A DNA stretch of 64,000 bases from Rhodospirillaceae bacterium (GTDB lineage: Bacteria > Pseudomonadota > Alphaproteobacteria > UBA8366), in NCBI GenBank assembly GCA_002724395.1, contig PBOR01000031.1, forward strand, positions 2,196 through 66,195, read 5' to 3'. The notes under the pieces were generated by a model that ran no database searches, was not told the DNA's origin, and saw nothing but the letters and a program-made list of their open reading frames with translations. Made by a program: the position numbers and the translations under genes. This document shows, piece by piece, positions 57,653-64,000 of this stretch (its first letter is position 1; each line of letters opens with the position of its first letter).

Positions 57653-58423
57653 ATGTTACTGATCGAACGTTGCGGCACGTCACTTATTATCAGCATAAAC
57701 CGACCCGAAGCGGGTAATTCGATAAACGGATCGGTAGCGAAGGATTTAGAAGAGGCGATTGTCCAGGTGGCCTGCGACGAAAGCCTTTGTTGCGTTATCA
57801 TAACCGGGAGTGGTGATAAGTTTTTTTGTGCCGGGGGGGATATTAAGGAGTACCGGTCTGTTAAGCATCGCGATCAATTAGACGCAGTAATGGGTTGTAC
57901 CCGTCGCGCTTTGTCCGGGTTGGAGGCGCTCGACATCCCTGTGATTATGGCTATCAATGGTTACTGCCTCGGTGGTGGTTTTGAAATGATGCTTGCTGGC
58001 GATATACGCATTGCGTCGGCAACCGCTACATTCTCATTGCCGCAAGTCCGTCTTGGTATTATCCCTGGGTGGCACGGTATCGAACGTCTCGTCCAACTGG
58101 TTGGCCGTGGAATGGCTGTAATATTGGCAGCAGGTGGTGAGACGATTGATGCGAAAAAAGCCCAAAAGGTTGGTTTGGTGGATGAGGTGGTGGCAGAATG
58201 TTCTGTGTTGGAACGGGCATTAGAAATCGGGGCAGGTTTTGGGAAAGCAGCGCCGCTTTCACTAAAGGCTGTAAAGAAGGTGGCGATAGCAGCCGAAGGA
58301 ACAAAAATTGAGCAATCCGAAGATATTTTCGCTGAACTTTGGTTCAGCGCGGACCATCGCGAGGCAGAAGCTGCCTTTGCGGAAAAACGACAAGCCCATT
58401 TTCAGAAACGGCAAACCAAATAG
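57653..58423 (+). CDS. enoyl-CoA hydratase/isomerase (crotonase) family protein
   Basis: FCAGGDIKE oxyanion segment, AINGYCLGGGFEMMLAGD, HREAEAAFAEKR tail. Confidence 0.85.
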   Translation: MLLIERCGTSLIISINRPEAGNSINGSVAKDLEEAIVQVACDESLCCVIITGSGDKFFCAGGDIKEYRSVKHRDQLDAVMGCTRRALSGLEALDIPVIMAINGYCLGGGFEMMLAGDIRIASATATFSLPQVRLGIIPGWHGIERLVQLVGRGMAVILAAGGETIDAKKAQKVGLVDEVVAECSVLERALEIGAGFGKAAPLSLKAVKKVAIAAEGTKIEQSEDIFAELWFSADHREAEAAFAEKRQAHFQKRQTK

Positions 58424-58581
58424 TGGAAAAGTTACCTAGTTTATAGCTTTTTCTGTGGGTAGCAATCGTCTTCATACCAAAATGAGTGACGCCATTAGGA
58501 TCAAGGGTTAGATGAGTTCACGGTTTAAGAAAATAAGTCAGGCACTGATGGAAAAAAACCGACCAACTCGCTCCGATAGAG

Positions 58582-60309
58582 ATGACTGAGGTTGGTGTGC
58601 CGTATCTATGGGAAAAATCCTATGCATCTGGTGTCAGTTGGAGCGAACCAATTGCAGACGCGCCGCTATGGTCTTTGCTTGATAATGCCGTGAAGCAGCA
58701 TGGCGAGAAACCGGCAATTGATTTTTTGGGTCGTAAATATTCTTATACAGATCTTGGTGCGTTAGTAGACAAAGCTGCCGAGGGATTCCGTCAGATCGGT
58801 GTTCGACACGGGATCCGGGTCGGCATTTGTTTGCCTAACACCCCTTATTCGGTTGTTTGCTACTTCGCTGTTTTAAAGGCCGGCGGAACGGTAGTGAATA
58901 TGAATCCGCTGTACTCAGAACGCGAATTGGAGCAAATCGTCGAGGATGCTGAGATAAAGATTATGGTGAGCATGGATCTACGCCAGCTTTATCCCAAAGT
59001 CGCTAAATTGCTGAAAGGGCAATTGCTGCGGACGGTCGTGATCTGCCCCATGATCGATATTCTGCCAGCTATAAAGGGGGTTCTTTTCTCGATTCTGCAG
59101 CGTAGTAAAATTTCCGATATATCTGAAGATTTGCAGCACGTTCAATTTGACAAGTTGGTTGATAATAATGGCCTGGTAAATATGGCTGAAGTTGATCCGG
59201 TAAAAGATATCGCTGTTTTACAATATACCGGTGGCACCACCGGTTTGCCGAAAGGTGCCATGCTGACCCACGCCAATGTACTGGCCAACGCTCAACAGAT
59301 TAAATATTGGATGCCTAGTATCGATGGGGGTGATGAAAGTGTTTTAGGTGTCATTCCGTTGTTTCATTCATTCGCAATGACGACCGTCATGAACCTCTCT
59401 TTGATTAGTGGATCACAGATGTACCTTTTGCCGCGGTTTGATTTGAAGCAAGTGCTTGAAACATTGTCTAAAAATAAGGTGACGCTGATGATGGGCGTGC
59501 CAACGATTTTTATCGCGATTAACGGCTATGACGATTTACAGGATTACGATCTCACAAGTTTGAAGGTTTGTATTTCCGGTGGTGCGCCCTTGCCAATTGC
59601 AGTCAAAGAGGAATTCGAGAAGCAAACAGGTTGTTCGCTTGTGGAAGGGTATGGCCTAAGCGAGTGCTCGCCGGTAGTAACTTGCAATCCTATTGGTGCG
59701 AAGAACAAGCAAGGTTCAATCGGTTTGCCGCTTCCCGGTACAGTCGTTGAAGTTCGATCCCCTGATGAAAAGCAGGCTTTAAAGCCGCTTGGCGAAAAGG
59801 GCGAAGTTTGTGTCATAGGGCCACAAGTGATGGCGGGTTACCTGGGGCGGGAGGAGGCGACTGCCAAGTCGATGATTAATGGGCGCTTTCATACCGGCGA
59901 TGTCGGGTATATTGACGAAGATGGTTATATCTTCTTAGTTGATCGTATAAAGGATTTGATCCTTTGTGGTGGCTATAATGTTTATCCAAGGGTGATCGAA
60001 GAAGCCATTCAACTTCATGATGCTGTTCAAGAAGTAACCGTCATCGGAGTGCCCGATGATTACCGTGGAGAAGCCCCGAAAGCTTTTGTGAAATTGAAAC
60101 CCGGTGCTGCACTGACGGATAAGCAACTACTTAAATTTCTGAAGGATAGGCTTTCTCCCATAGAAATGCCGGATTTCGTTGAATTCCGGGAGGAGCTGCC
60201 CAAGACGATGGTTGGCAAACTATCCAAGAAAGAATTGATTGCCGAAGAAGCCGCTCAGCGGGAGGCTAACAAATTAATCGTTGGCCTGGCGGATAATGAA
60301 GGAGTGTAA
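58582..60309 (+). CDS. long-chain-fatty-acid--CoA ligase (AMP-forming)
   Basis: AMP-binding motif LQYTGGTTGLPKGA, GYGLSE, HTGDVGYIDEDGY, and the KTMVGKLSKKEL C-terminus. Confidence 0.85.
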   Translation: MTEVGVPYLWEKSYASGVSWSEPIADAPLWSLLDNAVKQHGEKPAIDFLGRKYSYTDLGALVDKAAEGFRQIGVRHGIRVGICLPNTPYSVVCYFAVLKAGGTVVNMNPLYSERELEQIVEDAEIKIMVSMDLRQLYPKVAKLLKGQLLRTVVICPMIDILPAIKGVLFSILQRSKISDISEDLQHVQFDKLVDNNGLVNMAEVDPVKDIAVLQYTGGTTGLPKGAMLTHANVLANAQQIKYWMPSIDGGDESVLGVIPLFHSFAMTTVMNLSLISGSQMYLLPRFDLKQVLETLSKNKVTLMMGVPTIFIAINGYDDLQDYDLTSLKVCISGGAPLPIAVKEEFEKQTGCSLVEGYGLSECSPVVTCNPIGAKNKQGSIGLPLPGTVVEVRSPDEKQALKPLGEKGEVCVIGPQVMAGYLGREEATAKSMINGRFHTGDVGYIDEDGYIFLVDRIKDLILCGGYNVYPRVIEEAIQLHDAVQEVTVIGVPDDYRGEAPKAFVKLKPGAALTDKQLLKFLKDRLSPIEMPDFVEFREELPKTMVGKLSKKELIAEEAAQREANKLIVGLADNEGV

Positions 60310-60312
60310 GCC

Positions 60313-61449
60313 ATGAAGTCTGTCGTGATCGCTGAATATTTACGGTCGCCATTCACCTTCGCGTTGAAGGGCGATATGGCCAAAATACGCCCTGACTTTA
60401 TGGCTTCTCAAGTAGTAAAGGCTTTAGTGGTCAAAACAGGCATTGACCCCACCAAGGTTGAGGATATGATTTTAGGCTGCGCCTTCCCAGAGGCAGAGCA
60501 AGGCATGAATATGGCCCGACTGGTTGTATTAGAGGCCGGTCTTCCGATTTCGGTGGCAGGCGCGACAATCAACCGGTTTTGCGGCTCATCAATGTACGCC
60601 ATTCACATGGCGGCTGGCGCCATTCAACTCAATGCTGGAGAGGCTTTCATTTGCGGCGGGGTTGAATCCATGTCCCGTGTTCCCATCGGTGGGTATAATC
60701 CTCTGCCAAGTCCTAGTCTTAATGACATTATGCCCGATGCCTATATTTCCATGGGAGATACCGCCGAAAATGTGGCGCGGCAATATCAGTTGACGCGTGA
60801 AGAGCAAGAGACTTTTGCCGTTGCCAGCCAGGAGAAGGCAACCGCTGCCAGAAACGAAGGGCGCCTGAAAAGTGAAATAGTGCCAATCGACGGCGAGAAT
60901 GGCGCGGTGACAGAGGATGGGTGTATTCGTTCGGGTACTTCGATGGACGATTTAGCTGGATTATCGCCGGTTTTCGATGAATCCGGTACGGTAACTGCGG
61001 GCACGTCTTCTCCGTTGACCGACGGTGCCGCGGCTACGCTGGTTTGTACCGAAAATTTTGCGGTAAAAAATGATCTCAACCCGTTGGCGCGTATAAAATC
61101 GGTTGCTGTCGCGGGCTGTGAGCCGGAAATCATGGGTATTGGTCCCGTCGCTGCGTCTAAGAAGGCGTTAGAACGCGCGGGTCTTAGTATAGATGATATT
61201 GATGTAGCGGAGCTTAATGAGGCGTTTGCGTCGCAGTCGCTTGCTTGTTTGCGGGATCTCAATTTGGACGTAAATAAAGTGAATTTGGATGGGGGTGCTA
61301 TCGCTCTAGGTCATCCTCTCGGTGCGACGGGTGCTCGGATTACTGGTAAAGCGGCGCAGATTTTAAAACGCGAAGGAGGAAAATACGCACTTTCCACTCA
61401 ATGTATTGGTGGCGGTCAAGGGATCGCTACTATAATGGAGGCGCTCTAA
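60313..61449 (+). CDS. acetyl-CoA C-acyltransferase (thiolase)
   Basis: Active-site Cys in NRFCGSSM, NLDGGAIALGHPLGATG, CIGGGQG. Confidence 0.88.
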   Translation: MKSVVIAEYLRSPFTFALKGDMAKIRPDFMASQVVKALVVKTGIDPTKVEDMILGCAFPEAEQGMNMARLVVLEAGLPISVAGATINRFCGSSMYAIHMAAGAIQLNAGEAFICGGVESMSRVPIGGYNPLPSPSLNDIMPDAYISMGDTAENVARQYQLTREEQETFAVASQEKATAARNEGRLKSEIVPIDGENGAVTEDGCIRSGTSMDDLAGLSPVFDESGTVTAGTSSPLTDGAAATLVCTENFAVKNDLNPLARIKSVAVAGCEPEIMGIGPVAASKKALERAGLSIDDIDVAELNEAFASQSLACLRDLNLDVNKVNLDGGAIALGHPLGATGARITGKAAQILKREGGKYALSTQCIGGGQGIATIMEAL

Positions 61450-63777
61450 GTGGCGGAAATAAGAAAAGCTGCGGTGATTGGTGCCGGTGTTATGGGAGCG
61501 GGTATCGCTGCTCAGATCGCCAATGGTGGTGTTCCGGTTCTCCTGTTGGATGTTGTCAAAGAAAAAAAGGAAGACCGAAACGCTATTACGAAAGAGGCTA
61601 TCCAGCGTCTGTTGAAATCCGACCCGGCGCCGCTGATGCACAAAAGAAATGCCCGTCTTATTGCGCCGGGTAATATCCAAGATGATTTGGATCAACTTGG
61701 AGAATGCGATTGGATCATTGAGGCGGTCATCGAGGACATTGATATTAAGCGGTCGCTCTATGAGAAAATTGATTTAGCCCGGAGGCCGGGATCAATAATA
61801 TCTTCCAACACGTCGACCATACCACTTCGCCAGTTAACCGATGGGATGCCGGAAGGGTTGGAAAAAGATTTCCTTATCACTCACTTTTTTAATCCACCTC
61901 GCTATATGCGCTTATTGGAATTGGTAGCAGGCACCAAGACGCGGTCCGATGCGCTTGAAACCATCCGCAATTTCGCTGACCGAACCCTTGGAAAGAGCGT
62001 AGTAGTTTGTAATGATACGCCAGGTTTTATTGCGAACCGGATTGGCATTTTTTGGCTGCAATGCGCTGTGGTTGAGGCCATGGACCGGGGAATGTCGATT
62101 GAAGAGGCAGATGCGGTAATTGGCCGGCCAGCCGGTATACCGCGTACCGGTGTGTTCGGGCTGTTAGATATGGTCGGTCTCGATTTAATGCCCAAAGTGC
62201 TTTCCAGCATGGCCGCAGGCTTGCCCGAAGACGACCCTTTTCATAGCGTTTATCGTCCGCCGGAAATGATCGAAAAAATGGTTGCTAGCGGCCATACAGG
62301 CCGGAAAGGAAACGGTGGTTTTTATCGCCTCAGTAATGAGGGTGGGCAACAGGTCAAAGAGGCGATTGACTTGGTGACTGGCGATTATGCCAAAGCAACG
62401 AAACCTAGCTTTGATAGTGTTGAAGCCTCGAAGAAGGGCGGTTTGCGGGCGTTACTCGATCACCGAGATAGCGGCGGCCAGTATGGCTGGGCAGTTTGGT
62501 CTAAAACGCTTAGTTATGCGGCAAGCTTGGTGCCGAAAATCGCTGATGACGTGGTGGCAGTCGATGAAGCTATGCGGCTCGGCTATAATTGGAAATTTGG
62601 GCCCTTCGAGTTGATCGATCAACTCGGTGTTGAATGGTTTGCAACGAAATTGAATGCTGACGGTATAAGGGTGCCCGAATTGATAAATACAGTTTCGGGA
62701 AAATCATTCTACCGAACTGACGAGGGTGTGCTGCAGTTCTTGAGCGTGGAGGGCACCTTTAAGGAAGTGCCGCGCGCACCCGGTGTTTTGTTGCTTGCAG
62801 ATATAAAGCGCCAGTCCAAGCCAATAGCAAAGAATATGTCCGCCAGTCTTTGGGATATTGGCGATGGCGTGCTGTGTCTTGAGTTTCATAGCCGTATGAA
62901 TTCCCTCGACCCGTTCTCGCTATTTATGATCGATACGGCTATTAAAAAAATACGAAGTGGCTTTAAGGCCCTGGTTATCCATAATGATGCGCGTAATTTC
63001 TCTGTTGGCGCCAATATCGGGGTAGTCATGATTGCGGCCAAATTTTTTTTCTATTTTCTGATCAGTTGGGCAATTAAGAAAGGTCAAAACACTTTTAGAG
63101 ATATGAAGGTTGCGCCTTTCCCCGTTGTCTCCGCACCTTCGGGCATGGCTTTGGGCGGTGGGTGTGAAGTTTTGCTTCACTCTGATGCCATACAGGCGCA
63201 TGCAGAAACTTATACTGGCCTGGTTGAAGTAGGTGTTGGGTTGATCCCTGGCTGGGGTGGCTGCAAGGAAATGCTGCTGCGCTGGATAACCAATCCCAAA
63301 GTGGGGAAGGGACCGATGCCGGCTGTTACAAAAGTATTTGAGCTTATCGGCCTTGCGGCGGTGGCGACGTCTGCTGAAGAAGCGCGTGATATGCAGGTAT
63401 TGCGTGACGGTGATGGTATTTCTATGAATAAAGATCGCGTGCTCGCCGATGCTAAAGCGCTAGCCCTAAGGATGGTGGATAATTATACGCCGCCCGACCC
63501 CGGCGAGGCTGTGTTGCCTGGGCCGGCGGGTCAGGTGGCACTGGATATGGCTATCGATGGATTTAGGACCAGTGGCAAGGCAACGCCACACGATGTGGTT
63601 GTCAGCAAAGCGTTGGCCGCGGTGTTAACCGGTGGTAGCACAGATCTTACGGAGACTATCTCAGACCAAGGTTTGTTAGATTTAGAACGAAGTACCTTCC
63701 TATGGCTCGCGAAACAGAAAGATTCCAAAGCTCGCATTAGCCATATGCTAAAAACCGGAAAGCCGCTTAGAAATTAA
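61450..63777 (+). CDS. 3-hydroxyacyl-CoA dehydrogenase / enoyl-CoA hydratase fusion protein (HADH domain N-terminal)
   Basis: VIGAGVMGAGIA NAD fold at the N-terminus and a C-terminal crotonase segment (PVVSAPSGMALGGGCEVLLH). The GTG start immediately follows the thiolase stop. Confidence 0.85.
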   Translation: MAEIRKAAVIGAGVMGAGIAAQIANGGVPVLLLDVVKEKKEDRNAITKEAIQRLLKSDPAPLMHKRNARLIAPGNIQDDLDQLGECDWIIEAVIEDIDIKRSLYEKIDLARRPGSIISSNTSTIPLRQLTDGMPEGLEKDFLITHFFNPPRYMRLLELVAGTKTRSDALETIRNFADRTLGKSVVVCNDTPGFIANRIGIFWLQCAVVEAMDRGMSIEEADAVIGRPAGIPRTGVFGLLDMVGLDLMPKVLSSMAAGLPEDDPFHSVYRPPEMIEKMVASGHTGRKGNGGFYRLSNEGGQQVKEAIDLVTGDYAKATKPSFDSVEASKKGGLRALLDHRDSGGQYGWAVWSKTLSYAASLVPKIADDVVAVDEAMRLGYNWKFGPFELIDQLGVEWFATKLNADGIRVPELINTVSGKSFYRTDEGVLQFLSVEGTFKEVPRAPGVLLLADIKRQSKPIAKNMSASLWDIGDGVLCLEFHSRMNSLDPFSLFMIDTAIKKIRSGFKALVIHNDARNFSVGANIGVVMIAAKFFFYFLISWAIKKGQNTFRDMKVAPFPVVSAPSGMALGGGCEVLLHSDAIQAHAETYTGLVEVGVGLIPGWGGCKEMLLRWITNPKVGKGPMPAVTKVFELIGLAAVATSAEEARDMQVLRDGDGISMNKDRVLADAKALALRMVDNYTPPDPGEAVLPGPAGQVALDMAIDGFRTSGKATPHDVVVSKALAAVLTGGSTDLTETISDQGLLDLERSTFLWLAKQKDSKARISHMLKTGKPLRN

Positions 63778-63781
63778 TCTC

Positions 63782-64000
63782 ATGTTGAATTGGATAGCTA
63801 ACAAAATTGGCCAAGCGTTGGCCTCGTATTTGGACACAGAATCCGGTAGCTATTCGGCGGTGTCGGTGACGCCGATTAGACTCCTACAGCAGACATTACA
63901 GCCAGGCGATATTCTGTTGGTTGAGGGGAATCAGCGGGTATCGGTGGCTATTAAATATCTTACTCAGTCTTCATGGTCTCATGCGGCCTTTTACATCGGT
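63782..64000 (+). CDS. YiiX/permuted-papain-like (lipo-like) protein, 3' end outside window
   Basis: Hand translation: MLNWIANKIGQALASYLD...LQPGDILLVEGNQRVSVAIKYLTQSSWSHAAFYIG. The PGDILL...S..I...T.S.WSH pattern is family-typical, and the frame is open to the window end. Confidence 0.5.
   Translation, partial: MLNWIANKIGQALASYLDTESGSYSAVSVTPIRLLQQTLQPGDILLVEGNQRVSVAIKYLTQSSWSHAAFYIG

Overview
This is a dense, chromosome-like 64-kb segment with about 55 protein-coding genes and one tRNA-Leu(UAA). I recognise no rRNA, CRISPR array, transposase, integrase, phage genes or known defence/TA modules. The gene content suggests a marine-type alphaproteobacterium, but that is inference only: AapJQMP/Bzt-type amino-acid ABC transporter, class II DAHP synthase, Xsc, LLM-class oxidoreductases, TPR-sulfotransferase, and mid-range GC with an AT-rich left flank. 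Housekeeping genes are selU, gor, cobB-type sirtuin, DAHP synthase, nadE, a TrmH-family methyltransferase and an SRAP peptidase. The rest is accessory metabolism, and five parts stand out. (1) At 19.6-29.9 kb there is a regulator-less island with two MmgE/PrpD paralogues, a ThDP enzyme, a CmcJ-like oxidoreductase, an AKR and an ICL/PEP-mutase-family lyase plus a LeuCD-like hydratase. It is flanked by three gene remnants. (2) At 37.5-43.9 kb there is a sulfoacetaldehyde node: an IclR regulator, a SucCD-like ADP-forming CoA ligase and a CoA-acylating aldehyde dehydrogenase, divergent from xsc, with a perfect 17-bp inverted repeat in the shared promoter region. (3) Directly downstream (44.4-48.2 kb) lies a roughly 780-codon PHP/DUF3604-like frame. 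It is interrupted by exactly two in-frame stops (TAG, TGA) and no frameshift, and is translationally coupled to a ComA-like phosphosulfolactate synthase followed by a GST. I consider (2)+(3) the best candidate for an undescribed organosulfonate/sulfite-handling system. (4) At 55.4-56.3 kb there is a tandem pair of uncharacterised 136-aa paralogues. (5) At 57.6-63.8 kb there is a beta-oxidation cluster. All functional calls come from motif and family recognition by eye; no database search was possible.
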